This document shows, piece by piece, positions 18,290 to 27,619 of a stretch of 64,000 nucleotides of DNA. The translations under genes and the position numbers were made by a program. Source of the stretch: an uncultured Alphaproteobacteria bacterium (GTDB taxonomy: Bacteria > Pseudomonadota > Alphaproteobacteria > Rs-D84); assembly GCA_934276735.1 (NCBI GenBank), contig CAKQTG010000001.1:418203-482202 (forward strand), written 5' to 3'. The notes beneath the pieces are model-generated. The model saw only the letters and a list, made by a program, of their open reading frames with translations, had not been told where the DNA came from and did no database searches. The first letter of the stretch is position 1; the number at the start of each line of letters is the position of its first letter.

Positions 18290-20845
18290 CTATTGCCCAG
18301 TGCCTGTGCCACCGCCCGATGTGTTGTCGCTTGTCGTTGCGCCATTGGTGGTTGAGTTGTTATTACTGGTTGTTTCGTCATCTGAGGCACGGCAATAACC
18401 CCATTTTGTATTTGCACCTGTTTCGGAATAGAATTTCTGGTGCAATTTATGTCCCGTAATGTCATGCTTGCCGTTACCACCTTTCGTGTTGTTTGTGGCC
18501 TGTTGGTCGGTTGTGGTTTCGGTGGAATCGTTTTCTTCTTGGTCAATCCATTGCGTATCAACCCACAGTCCGTTCAGACGTTTGCATTCCGCCGCTAGCA
18601 CTGTTGCCATTTCAACACGTATTGAATCCATGACGACATTTACATCTTCCATAACAGTGGTCGGCAATACGTAATTGGATTTGGTCGCCTCGGACGGACG
18701 GACACAGGTCTGCATTGCGTAGCGCACCATTTTTTGATACAGACTGCCGATATAGTCGGTGCCACATTTGCTGGTGTCAACCTCTGGTTCGTCCGGCGTT
18801 TCTGTGCCGCCGCATACACCATCCGTGCATGGCTGGCAACTGTTGCCGGTGGTGAGGGTGTTGTCTGCAACCCATATACCGTTTTTACGGACCGCCAGGA
18901 AGTAACCTTGTTTGCAACGCGTGTATTGTTTGCTGGTTGGGCAAATGTATCCGGATGCGGTTGATGTGTCGCCATCGTCACCGCCCGGTGTATTGCCGCC
19001 GGTATCATCATCGCCACCACTGTCGCCATTATTGCGATTCCACAATTCCTGGTTACACTGGTAATTTGTGGCGTATTGCTGTTCGCCCGGCGCATACACG
19101 CGGCAACCATACGGATATGCGTGCAGACTGTCGTTAGATGGGACGGCGCACATGTCGCGTGCAAATTCTTGCAAAGTGACACGGCATTCCTTGCCAATCT
19201 TTTGATCGGTGATGTTGCGCATGGCCTGGACCAGTAAATCCAGGGCGTTGCCGGAACCGTCGCTATATAACATGCTGCACGCCTGTAATTTTTCCTTGCA
19301 CATTTCTTCGGATAATTCCAGGCGCGACCCCCGTAATAATTGCTCTTTGACATTACTAAAATCTTTTAACGATTTGCTCTGTTCATCGTAACAGGCATTT
19401 ACGACGTCCAGACATTCGTTTTTGACGGTGCGGATTCGTTCATGCTGGCCCTGGTATATTTCGGCGATTGCCTGGCGCATGAATTCATCCCACACATCGT
19501 CGGCCAGATCGCGACACGTGTCCAGTCCGCGCGCGGCGTATGCACGCTTGCTGTTTAATTCGGCGACAATCAGGCGGTTTGAAGGATTGGTCAACACGTC
19601 GCCCGATAATGAAATCTGGGTTTCCAATTGGTAAAAATCCGCCGTGTAAATAGGTTCGCCCTTGTCCCGGGTCAGATACCGGCCAGATATATCCAGACAA
19701 TGAACATAATCTGTGCCACACGCCGTGTCGGCGGTGATATCCTTGCGCACCTGGGCGATACAGTCGTTGATTGATGTTGAATTATGGGCGTTATAATTTT
19801 CCAGACGCGCGTCGTTCATTTCGCGCTCGGTGCTGCGTATCGTGCCCTGGGCGGTCGCCAGTTTTTTATTCAGTGCCGTCAGCAATGTTGTGCAATCGTT
19901 TTCAATATACATGCCATACGCTGCGACAACCATGTTCAGGGTTGATCGTGACGGACAGCGTTCAGAAACCAAATCGGCACACTGGCTGTGCACCGCGTTG
20001 TATAATGATTCCCCGGTCAGGTTCGCAATGTTTGCGCCCGATGCCAAATCTGTGGTTGCCCAGATTGCGTTTATGTCGCCGGCGATGTCCAGTGTCCCCA
20101 GTGTTGATAACGAATTTGATTTGGTCTTGGTTAAAACCGCACTGATACCGGCCAGTTTTTGCGCCGATGATGAATTGTCGCGTGCGGTTGATGCCGCAGT
20201 TTCGCCGGTGGTCGCGTTGACCATTGCCTTGACCTCGGCCGCGGTTTTGGGAATAACCTCTATATTCAAGTTCTTGAAATCTTGCAGTTGGTCAGATGCC
20301 TGGCCCAGGGCGCGTTCACGTGATTTTATTTCGGTCAGCTTGGACGAGCATACGCACCGACGGTATGTGTCATCTTGTTTTGCACAGAATTGATCCATGC
20401 ATGAAAAGTATGCGTCACGGCACGTGTTGTATCCGGTGCCAAATGTGTTTGTGCCGGCCGCCGATGTGGTGGTGGCGCGGGCGACCGCCCCGCTGCGCGC
20501 GACGGTTTTTGTTGCACTGCGTGCAGATGATTGTGTCGTGGTCGCACTGCGCGCGGTGGTTGTTGCACTGCGTGCGGTGGTGTTGGTGCGGGCCGCACTG
20601 CGCGCCGTGGCGGTGCGGTTGACCGTATTGCGTGCGGTGGTGCGCGCCGTTGCATTACGTGCGGTGGTCGCGGTTGCCCCCGTGCGCGTTGATGTTTGTT
20701 GTGATTGTGCGGTGTCTGATTTTGCGCGCGTGGTGACACTGTCTCTGGGCGTGGTGCGGGTGACGCTGGACGCGCTGCGCACCGCGGCATCGGCAAAACC
20801 GATGCCGGCACAGAGTGTTGCGGCAAAAAGCAAAATCTTTTTCAT
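18290..20845 (-). CDS. Paralog A of the large secreted Cys-rich protein family (851 aa). Signal peptide, then a T/A/R-rich tandem-repeat linker, then the family motif CRDAYFSCMDQFCAKQDDTYRRCVCSS, then a Cys-rich helical body.
   Basis: Start moved to ATG 20845 (MKKILLFAATLCAGIGFADA). Motif and downstream blocks (ACGTDYVHCLD, CRDLADDVWDEF) align with paralogs B and C. Confidence 0.75.
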   Translation of the reverse strand: MKKILLFAATLCAGIGFADAAVRSASSVTRTTPRDSVTTRAKSDTAQSQQTSTRTGATATTARNATARTTARNTVNRTATARSAARTNTTARSATTTARSATTTQSSARSATKTVARSGAVARATTTSAAGTNTFGTGYNTCRDAYFSCMDQFCAKQDDTYRRCVCSSKLTEIKSRERALGQASDQLQDFKNLNIEVIPKTAAEVKAMVNATTGETAASTARDNSSSAQKLAGISAVLTKTKSNSLSTLGTLDIAGDINAIWATTDLASGANIANLTGESLYNAVHSQCADLVSERCPSRSTLNMVVAAYGMYIENDCTTLLTALNKKLATAQGTIRSTEREMNDARLENYNAHNSTSINDCIAQVRKDITADTACGTDYVHCLDISGRYLTRDKGEPIYTADFYQLETQISLSGDVLTNPSNRLIVAELNSKRAYAARGLDTCRDLADDVWDEFMRQAIAEIYQGQHERIRTVKNECLDVVNACYDEQSKSLKDFSNVKEQLLRGSRLELSEEMCKEKLQACSMLYSDGSGNALDLLVQAMRNITDQKIGKECRVTLQEFARDMCAVPSNDSLHAYPYGCRVYAPGEQQYATNYQCNQELWNRNNGDSGGDDDTGGNTPGGDDGDTSTASGYICPTSKQYTRCKQGYFLAVRKNGIWVADNTLTTGNSCQPCTDGVCGGTETPDEPEVDTSKCGTDYIGSLYQKMVRYAMQTCVRPSEATKSNYVLPTTVMEDVNVVMDSIRVEMATVLAAECKRLNGLWVDTQWIDQEENDSTETTTDQQATNNTKGGNGKHDITGHKLHQKFYSETGANTKWGYCRASDDETTSNNNSTTNGATTSDNTSGGGTGTGQ
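20480..20720. repeat. Intragenic tandem repeat (~24-30 bp units encoding TTARNATARTTARNTVNRTATARSAARTNTTARSATTTARSATTT) inside paralog A
   Basis: Reiterated gcactgcg(t/c)gc(g/a)gtggt… units are visible in the DNA. Confidence 0.6.
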
Positions 20846-20956
20846 CCTTGGCTTTGTGATAATGATAGCAAAAATGCCCTTTTCGGGGCAAGGGTTATTT
20901 CGCACAATCGCGCAATTTTTTTGCAAAAATAATCCCGCAGATTACGGGACTTTTTA

Positions 20957-21205
20957 TTAATTATTTGTATCTGTGTTGGACGGACGGTTACGTTCAACAA
21001 ATGTGATACGTCCCTTGTCCAAATCGTATGGGGTCATTTCAACACGGACGCGTTCGCCAATGTTGACCCAGATGCGCGCCTTGCGCATTTTGCCACACAC
21101 GGTGGCCAAAATTTCGTGACCGTTTTCCAATTTAACACGAAACATCGTGTTCGGTAATTTATCTTCGACCGTGCCACTGAATACAATTACATCATCTTTT
21201 GCCAT
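20957..21205 (-). CDS. infA: Translation initiation factor IF-1
   Basis: [69 protein letters not shown]… is the canonical IF-1 S1 domain, followed by a short extension ([12 protein letters not shown]) not found in E. coli IF-1 (established knowledge of infA). Confidence 0.9.
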   Translation of the reverse strand: MAKDDVIVFSGTVEDKLPNTMFRVKLENGHEILATVCGKMRKARIWVNIGERVRVEMTPYDLDKGRITFVERNRPSNTDTNN

Positions 21206-21345
21206 AGTTTATCCTTAGCATTTTTCTGAATTTTTACTGGTCTAATATTATATTTTTGCATAAAAAATTGCAAGTTGTTTTTATCTGCTTGCACGGCGGG
21301 GCCGGATTTGATAAAATTAGACATAATAATGTAGGGTGGAGTCAT

Positions 21346-23514
21346 ATGAGATTAGGCTTGTTTTTCACATTGTTGTGTGTTGTGCCGGGACTGGCATATG
21401 GGGCGGCGCGTGATGATACGAACGTTCGTGTCGGGGTGACGCGTATGTCAATGGCGGGTGCGCGTGCGCCAAATATGACGGGAAATCTGGGCGGAAATAA
21501 AACCACCACGCCGACGATACCAACCACCAGCAGCAGTGGTGGCACAACAAATCCGACGCCAAATCCAACACCCACTCCCACACCAGAACCGACACCGGCC
21601 CCCGCGCCAAATCCGGGCACGTCCGACGCTGGCACTGACACATCGTGTCGCACGGCGTATCGCGCGTGTATGGATGAATTCTGCCTGTTGGACGAGAGCG
21701 AGGGTAATCGTTGCGCCTGTTCGGATAACATAAACAAATCAAAATCATTGATTCAAGAAATTCAAAAAATTCAATCAGACGCTGATAATTTATACACCGA
21801 GGGGGTAGAGCGCGAACAACTGGGGGCCAAGGCAAAACTGGTATTTGGCCAGAGTGCGGCCGCACAGAAAAGTTCGCGTGCATCGGGACTGAGTTTTACC
21901 GAGTGGTTAAACAGCGACAATAATTCGGATTCGCTGGGTGCGGACGAAGATATTGGCGATGGTCTGTATTCGATGGCGGCAACATATTGTGCCGACGCAT
22001 TGGCGAAATGTGGCAGTTCTGCCGATATGGAAGAGGCGTTATATTCTCGTCAAATTGTTGCCGATTGCAAGGCGTTTGATTCATATCTGGCCGACCAGAA
22101 ATCAAATGCCCAGGCCAACAAACGCACGGCCGAGGCCGCTGTGCGCAAGGCGCGTCTGGAAATGTTGGATACAACAAATAAATATAACCGCGGCGAATGC
22201 CTGTTGGCGTATAAATCGTGTATCGCGGACAAGGGCGGCTGTGGCGCGAACTTTGAAAACTGTTTGGATCGCGACCTGTTGGGGCGTCGTGCAAATGCGT
22301 GCGAAAATGTTCTGGACCAGTGTATGGCGGTGCGGGACAGTGTATTACAGGATTGGGATGCAGAATCCGAAAGTATTTTAGTTGATGCGGCGAAATACGC
22401 GGATAAAAATGCCCGCGCAACATGTCTGGCACGGATTCAGGTCTGTTTGGAAGATGGATGCAGCACGGCAACAAATTCGGCGTGCCTGACCGATGTCAAG
22501 GTTGCGGCCGGTGTTTGCCCGGTTATTACCGAATGCGAAGAAATGATTCCGGGTATCCAAAGTGCGGTCAATGATAAACTGGGGTATCTGCGGACGCATT
22601 TCTGCCAGAACGATATTGATAAATGCCTGCAAAGCAAGTGCGGTGAAAACTTTACTGCGCCGGAATGCGTTGGTAAAAGTGCAACGGAAATTGCCGCGCT
22701 GTGCCCCCAGGATATGTATCCGTCATGCAAAAACGAAACCCAATTTGACATAATTGTGCAATCGGTTTTGTTACAGATGGATTACCAGATGTTGCAAGGG
22801 TGCCTGAATTACTTTGGCGAACAGTTGGGCAAGGTTTGCGGCACGGATATGTCGTGCCTGCCGACGGATACGACGATTGCGTCACTGACGTCGGTGCCGG
22901 ACGATTCTGCGGCATTGGCGCAGTTGCGCGAAACCGTGCGCAGCAATGTTGCCACGTCGGTGGATGAATTCTTTACCCAGTTTGAACAGGATAAAACGGT
23001 TGCTGCCTGTGCAGACAGCCAGAAACCCGCCGGTAAAAAATCATTGGGCGACACGGTGTTCAACAGTGCGAAAATGATCGCACAAATCGGGGCGGAAAAT
23101 CGTGCGATGCGCGCATTGGAAACCAAGATTTCAGAACTGTCGCGCCAGCAAGATTTGAATGCGGCCGAAAAGAACTGTCTGAATACATACAAGGTGGAAT
23201 CGCCGGACAAATCGTCCAAGAATTACAGTTATATCCGCAGTGTATCGTTTGAACCATCGTTGCGTAATTGCCATGTGTGCCGTATGCAACAGGTCTGCGA
23301 AACGGGTGGCGAATCCAAGGGAACCGCGGGCCTGAAAGGATTGGCGGGCGGCCTGTCGGCGGGTGCGGCGGCTGGCACGATGGTGACCCCGGGGTGGGGC
23401 ACGGCAATCGGCGGTGTCGTTGGCGCGGTTGGTGGTCTGTTCGCAGGGCGCAGTGCGGGTGGCAAACAAGAATTCTGCCAGGAAATTGAATCCTGTGAAG
23501 ATATAAATATGTAA
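21346..23514 (+). CDS. Paralog B of the large secreted Cys-rich protein family (722 aa). Signal peptide, P/T-rich linker, motif CRTAYRACMDEFCLLDESEGNRCACSD, Cys-rich body, C-terminal RNCHVC box, glycine-zipper hydrophobic tail.
   Basis: Start moved to ATG 21346 (ggtggagtcatATG; MRLGLFFTLLCVVPGLAYG). Blocks YSRQIVADC, NKYNRGEC, CGANFENC and CENVLDQCMAVRDSV are shared with paralog C. Confidence 0.8.
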   Translation: MRLGLFFTLLCVVPGLAYGAARDDTNVRVGVTRMSMAGARAPNMTGNLGGNKTTTPTIPTTSSSGGTTNPTPNPTPTPTPEPTPAPAPNPGTSDAGTDTSCRTAYRACMDEFCLLDESEGNRCACSDNINKSKSLIQEIQKIQSDADNLYTEGVEREQLGAKAKLVFGQSAAAQKSSRASGLSFTEWLNSDNNSDSLGADEDIGDGLYSMAATYCADALAKCGSSADMEEALYSRQIVADCKAFDSYLADQKSNAQANKRTAEAAVRKARLEMLDTTNKYNRGECLLAYKSCIADKGGCGANFENCLDRDLLGRRANACENVLDQCMAVRDSVLQDWDAESESILVDAAKYADKNARATCLARIQVCLEDGCSTATNSACLTDVKVAAGVCPVITECEEMIPGIQSAVNDKLGYLRTHFCQNDIDKCLQSKCGENFTAPECVGKSATEIAALCPQDMYPSCKNETQFDIIVQSVLLQMDYQMLQGCLNYFGEQLGKVCGTDMSCLPTDTTIASLTSVPDDSAALAQLRETVRSNVATSVDEFFTQFEQDKTVAACADSQKPAGKKSLGDTVFNSAKMIAQIGAENRAMRALETKISELSRQQDLNAAEKNCLNTYKVESPDKSSKNYSYIRSVSFEPSLRNCHVCRMQQVCETGGESKGTAGLKGLAGGLSAGAAAGTMVTPGWGTAIGGVVGAVGGLFAGRSAGGKQEFCQEIESCEDINM

Positions 23515-23530
23515 TATTCGGGCATAAAAT

Positions 23531-25972
23531 ATGAATATAAAAAATATATTGACGTTTGTGATTTGTGGTGTTGTGGCCGTGGGCGCGGGTGACGCGTTGG
23601 CGGCGGCCAAGACATCGAAACAGGCGGCAATACAAACCGGGACAAATGTTCGGGCGCGGCTGACGGCAACAGGTCTGTATGACCAGGAATGTTATGACGC
23701 GTATTATTCGTGCATGGATCAATTCTGTATCGCGGATAATTCCAGTGGGGGCAGTTGCGCATGCAGTGACGAAAACGCAAAATATGAACAACAACTGGCC
23801 GAAATCCAAGATATGGTGGACGAGGCCGCACGTATCCGCACCGAAGAGGTTGAAAAGGTTCGCGCGGGTGCGGATGCCGATATTATATTTACGGGCGAAC
23901 GCAAATACGATGAAAACGGCAATATTATCAAGACGGGCGAATTGACCGCGGCAGAAAAAAAAGCCCAAGACCGCCAGAGTTTGATGGCGTTGTTTAACGC
24001 GACCAGCGACGATGACGAAGATGTTGTAACAGGTATCGCGGACAAGGCCGGCAACGCGCTGTATAACGCGGCCCAGGAACTGTGCACGGCCCAGATTCCG
24101 GACAAATGTTCGTCTGATTTGAATTTCTTGACCCAATTATATTCACGCCAGATTGTATCAGACTGTCGCGGTTTTGAAAACAGCATCAACGCCAAAATGG
24201 CCACCGCAAAGCAAGACTTGGTTACTGCCCAGGGCGAAGTGCGCACCGCACTGCAAGAAAGTTTTGAATCGGCCAATAAATATGATTTGGGCACATGCAT
24301 GGTGGAATTTAAAAAGTGCATGCAGACCGATGATGCCTGTGGCGCGGGTTGGGAAAATTGTGTTTCGACAATTGCATCTGAAAATATGCAAAACAATACC
24401 GCGGTCAGCACCGCCGGCACCACGGTTGCAACGGTTGATAAATATGACATAACCACGTCAACCATGGAAATCTTGAATTCCAAGCGCACCATTTGTGAAA
24501 AGGTTTTGGACCAATGCGTCGCCGTCCGCGACCAGGTTTGGCCGGCGTTCCTGCGCGAAGCGGCCCCAACGATAAAGGTTGCCGAATCCCAGGTTGAATC
24601 AAAGTTTCGTCAATCGTGCCTGGGCACAATTTCCGACTGTATCCAGACGGCGTGTCGCGACGATATCGCGGGCAAGGGCGTTGCAACAATGGACGCATGC
24701 TTGGCACGTCCCGATATGGCACGCAGTTTCTGCAAGGTTGAAATTGACCCGTGTGAACGCATGGAACCGCAAATTTGGGACTATGTAACCGATAAACTGG
24801 CGGCGATGCGTGTTGATGCCTGCACGAACGAGGTCAAAGAGTGTTTTACCGCGGATACACGTTGCGGCGCGAATTTCCAGAACTGTATCGGTATGGATTA
24901 CGATTATATTCACGATATTTGCCCGATTGACACGTTGGTTGTCTGCAAACAGAATAACAAAGACTTTTCAATGGATGATTTGGATTCTATGTTGATGGGG
25001 CTGTATCTGAATATTGATAACAGTGCGCTGACCCAGTGTGAAAACCTGGTCGACACCAAAATGGCCGAAATTTGTGGCAGCACCACCGACTGTAACAAAT
25101 TCGCCAGTGATGATACAATTGGCACCGGATCATTGCGTTCCCAGAAAGATGGCACGACGTATCGTGTGACCGGTATGATTTCGTTCGGCAGTATCAAGAT
25201 GGGCGACGCGTCTGGCAAAACGATTGACAATGGCGATGGCAAGACTGTGCGTCTGGGCCCCGGTGAAATCGGTGTTGCAGAATACCTGAACCAGATTCGC
25301 ACGCGCAATTCGTCGGTCAAAAATGCCGATGGCATCATTTCGTCAATTGAAGAAGAACTGAACAACATTGCTGGCACAATCAATCGCACAATTGAAATGA
25401 TTGAACAGGACCCGCAAATCCAATACTGTGTGAACGGGCGCGATTTGTCCCAGATTACGGGCAAGGCGAACCAGAAAACCACGGCACGTTTTCCGAACCT
25501 GTTAAACAGTGTGAAAATGCAAATCGCGGTCGCTGCACTGCGCCAGGCCCAGGATAACTATAACGCCAAACTGAATAAACAAATCGCAGACGCAACCAAA
25601 GACGCGTCCACAGATTTGGCGCAATATATGTGCCAGAAAATGGCCGAAACCGGCGGGGCGGGCACAACCGGAATTTCATCATCAACGCCGCTGGCGGCAC
25701 CATATGCAATCAGTTATGATGTGGGCTCGGGCCTCAGTAATGATGACCTGACACGTGGCGGGACGGGTGAAACATCAATTACGACCACCGCGGGCAGTGG
25801 CGTCACCAAAACCGTGACCAGTCTGTTTAACCGTGAAACACGTAATTGCCACGTCTGCACCACAACCACCACACAGAGTTGCACTATAAAGGGCGGCAAT
25901 TGGTTCCGCAAGGCGAACAAGAATTGCGACGTTAAAACCGATGGCCCGAATTGTGAAGATATCGCAATGTAA
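23531..25972 (+). CDS. Paralog C of the large secreted Cys-rich protein family (813 aa). Signal peptide, motif CYDAYYSCMDQFCIADNSSGGSCACSD, Cys-rich body, C-terminal RNCHVC box.
   Basis: 16 bp downstream of paralog B, so probably in an operon with it. Blocks YSRQIVSDC, NKYDLGTC, CGAGWENC and CEKVLDQCVAVRDQV are conserved. Confidence 0.8.
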   Translation: MNIKNILTFVICGVVAVGAGDALAAAKTSKQAAIQTGTNVRARLTATGLYDQECYDAYYSCMDQFCIADNSSGGSCACSDENAKYEQQLAEIQDMVDEAARIRTEEVEKVRAGADADIIFTGERKYDENGNIIKTGELTAAEKKAQDRQSLMALFNATSDDDEDVVTGIADKAGNALYNAAQELCTAQIPDKCSSDLNFLTQLYSRQIVSDCRGFENSINAKMATAKQDLVTAQGEVRTALQESFESANKYDLGTCMVEFKKCMQTDDACGAGWENCVSTIASENMQNNTAVSTAGTTVATVDKYDITTSTMEILNSKRTICEKVLDQCVAVRDQVWPAFLREAAPTIKVAESQVESKFRQSCLGTISDCIQTACRDDIAGKGVATMDACLARPDMARSFCKVEIDPCERMEPQIWDYVTDKLAAMRVDACTNEVKECFTADTRCGANFQNCIGMDYDYIHDICPIDTLVVCKQNNKDFSMDDLDSMLMGLYLNIDNSALTQCENLVDTKMAEICGSTTDCNKFASDDTIGTGSLRSQKDGTTYRVTGMISFGSIKMGDASGKTIDNGDGKTVRLGPGEIGVAEYLNQIRTRNSSVKNADGIISSIEEELNNIAGTINRTIEMIEQDPQIQYCVNGRDLSQITGKANQKTTARFPNLLNSVKMQIAVAALRQAQDNYNAKLNKQIADATKDASTDLAQYMCQKMAETGGAGTTGISSSTPLAAPYAISYDVGSGLSNDDLTRGGTGETSITTTAGSGVTKTVTSLFNRETRNCHVCTTTTTQSCTIKGGNWFRKANKNCDVKTDGPNCEDIAM

Positions 25973-25994
25973 TATATCTGGGGGATAATTCATT

Positions 25995-26837
25995 ATGGAA
26001 AATACACACGCATTGGCAAACGGGATAAACCTGGAATCCGTTATTACATCACTGGGCCAGACGGCGATACATTTTTCTGTTCGTTTGACGGCGTCTATAT
26101 TCATACTGGTGGCGGGGCTGTGGCTGGCGTCACGCGTTTCTAAATCTGTGCGTCGCGGAATGGAACGGCGCAAACTGGACCCGTCGTTACAGTCGTTCAT
26201 CGGCTCGTTTGTCAGCATTGCACTGCGTATAATCGCAATAATCGTATCGTTGACCACGGTCGGTGTTCAAATGACGTCAATCGTCGCGGTCTTGGGGGCC
26301 GGCACGTTGGCGGTCGGCATGGCATTGTCTGGCACAATGCAGAATTTCGCCGGCGGTGTGATTATCTTGTTCTTGAAACCGTTCAAGGTTGGTGACACAA
26401 TCGCGACCGCATCGGGCAAGACCGGCGTCGTTAAAAAGATTATGATTTTTACAACCGAATTGCACACGTTTGATAACCAGGTTGTATTTTTGCCAAATGG
26501 CGCGCTGTCTAATGGTGAAATAACGAATTTGTCGGGTGGGGCATTGCGCCGCACGGAATTGACGGTTGGCATTGAATACGGGGCCAGTGTCGCAACCGCC
26601 CGTCGGGTGATTTTGGATATCTTGGCACGTGACCCGCGTATTGCGGACAAACCGGCACCATTGGTTATGGTCAAAGACCTGGGCGACAATGCTGTTGTGT
26701 TGAAAATTTTGTTCTGGGCAAAATATGCAGATATGTTCATGACGGGCCCAGACATTTTGGAAAAGATTTATAACGAATTACCGAAAAAGAAAGTCGGATT
26801 CCCATTCCCCCAGGTGGATGTGCATATCAAAAAATAA
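25995..26837 (+). CDS. Small-conductance mechanosensitive channel (MscS family)
   Basis: Three N-terminal TM helices, then the MscS beta-domain signature (…GDTIATASGKTGVVKKIMIFTTELHTFDNQVVFLPNGALSNGEITNLS…). Confidence 0.8.
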   Translation: MENTHALANGINLESVITSLGQTAIHFSVRLTASIFILVAGLWLASRVSKSVRRGMERRKLDPSLQSFIGSFVSIALRIIAIIVSLTTVGVQMTSIVAVLGAGTLAVGMALSGTMQNFAGGVIILFLKPFKVGDTIATASGKTGVVKKIMIFTTELHTFDNQVVFLPNGALSNGEITNLSGGALRRTELTVGIEYGASVATARRVILDILARDPRIADKPAPLVMVKDLGDNAVVLKILFWAKYADMFMTGPDILEKIYNELPKKKVGFPFPQVDVHIKK

Positions 26838-26858
26838 TAAAAATAAAGGAGTTGACAT

Positions 26859-27194
26859 ATGAAAAAAATGTTTGTTGGTGCAATGGCGGTCGTGATGTCT
26901 GTGGCGGCGGCCAGTGCCGGTTTTGTTGATAATAATGAAACCATCGTCACCGTGGCCCAGGTCAAAGAAATGCGCGACGATGTTCCTGTAATTGTCACGG
27001 GGAATATTATCAAGAGTATGGGCGACGAAAAATATTTGTTCCGCGATGCCACCGATTCAATTGTTATTGAAATCGATGACGATGATTGGAACGGCCTGAC
27101 GGTGACACCGGACGATAACGTTAAACTGTATGGCGAGGTTGAATCCAAACTGTTCAAAACAGAAATCGAAGTAGACCGAATTGAAAAGTTATAA
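26859..27194 (+). CDS. BOF (YgiW/YdeI) family periplasmic OB-fold stress protein
   Basis: Signal peptide, then TIVTVAQVKEMRDDVPVIVTGNIIKSMGDEKYLFRDATDSIVIEIDDDDW…, typical of DUF388/BOF. RBS taaaggag. Confidence 0.7.
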   Translation: MKKMFVGAMAVVMSVAAASAGFVDNNETIVTVAQVKEMRDDVPVIVTGNIIKSMGDEKYLFRDATDSIVIEIDDDDWNGLTVTPDDNVKLYGEVESKLFKTEIEVDRIEKL

Positions 27195-27221
27195 AAAACG
27201 CGCCATCGGCGCGTTTTTTAC
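27195..27221 (+). terminator. Rho-independent terminator (aaaaacgcgccatcggcgcgtttttt)
   Basis: CGCGCC-NNNG-GCGCG hairpin plus T-run. The same hairpin type recurs at several gene ends. Confidence 0.7.
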
Positions 27222-27560
27222 AAGAGAGCAATGCGCAGAGAGCAGAGAGCAATGAAGCGCGCCAGTGGCGCGCTTGTTTTTATCGTCGCGGTCTAAGTTC
27301 CCCTTCGCTGGCGAAGGGGTGTCCACATAGTGGACGGGGTAGTGGTGGTCCCTGCGGGGCAATGGATACCGGCCTGCGCCGGTATGACAGTTGTGTGTGG
27401 TTGAGGACCATATTTTACGAACATAGTTTATGTCTTAGTTGCGGACCAAGTTCTCCTCCGGTAACCACCCGCGAAATTGATAAATTTCGTGGGTGGTTAC
27501 CAGGCCGGGGCCCATTGCCCCGCAGGGACATCGTTGCCCCAAAAAAACACAAAAAATCAT
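27222..27560. repeat. Mosaic intergenic repeat array (modules M1-M5). An inverted near-copy of the same ~250-bp composite is at 54920-55200.
   Basis: Contains agagagcagagagcaatgaagcgcgcc…gcttgtttttatcgtcgcgg, gttcccct…gcgaagggg, ggataccggcctgcgccggtatgac, ccacccgcgaaattgataaatttcgtgggtgg, all of which recur elsewhere in the window. Confidence 0.8.
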
Positions 27561-27619
27561 GCTGAATAAAAGGGGGTGAATCACGCGGAAATCAGGGCAA
27601 AAATACCCATAAAACCGTG

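Noticed and set aside
27222-27560. Possibility that the repeat arrays are CRISPR arrays
   Set aside because: Units are heterogeneous in length and sequence and are shuffled in order and orientation. There is no constant repeat with unique spacers, and no cas genes.
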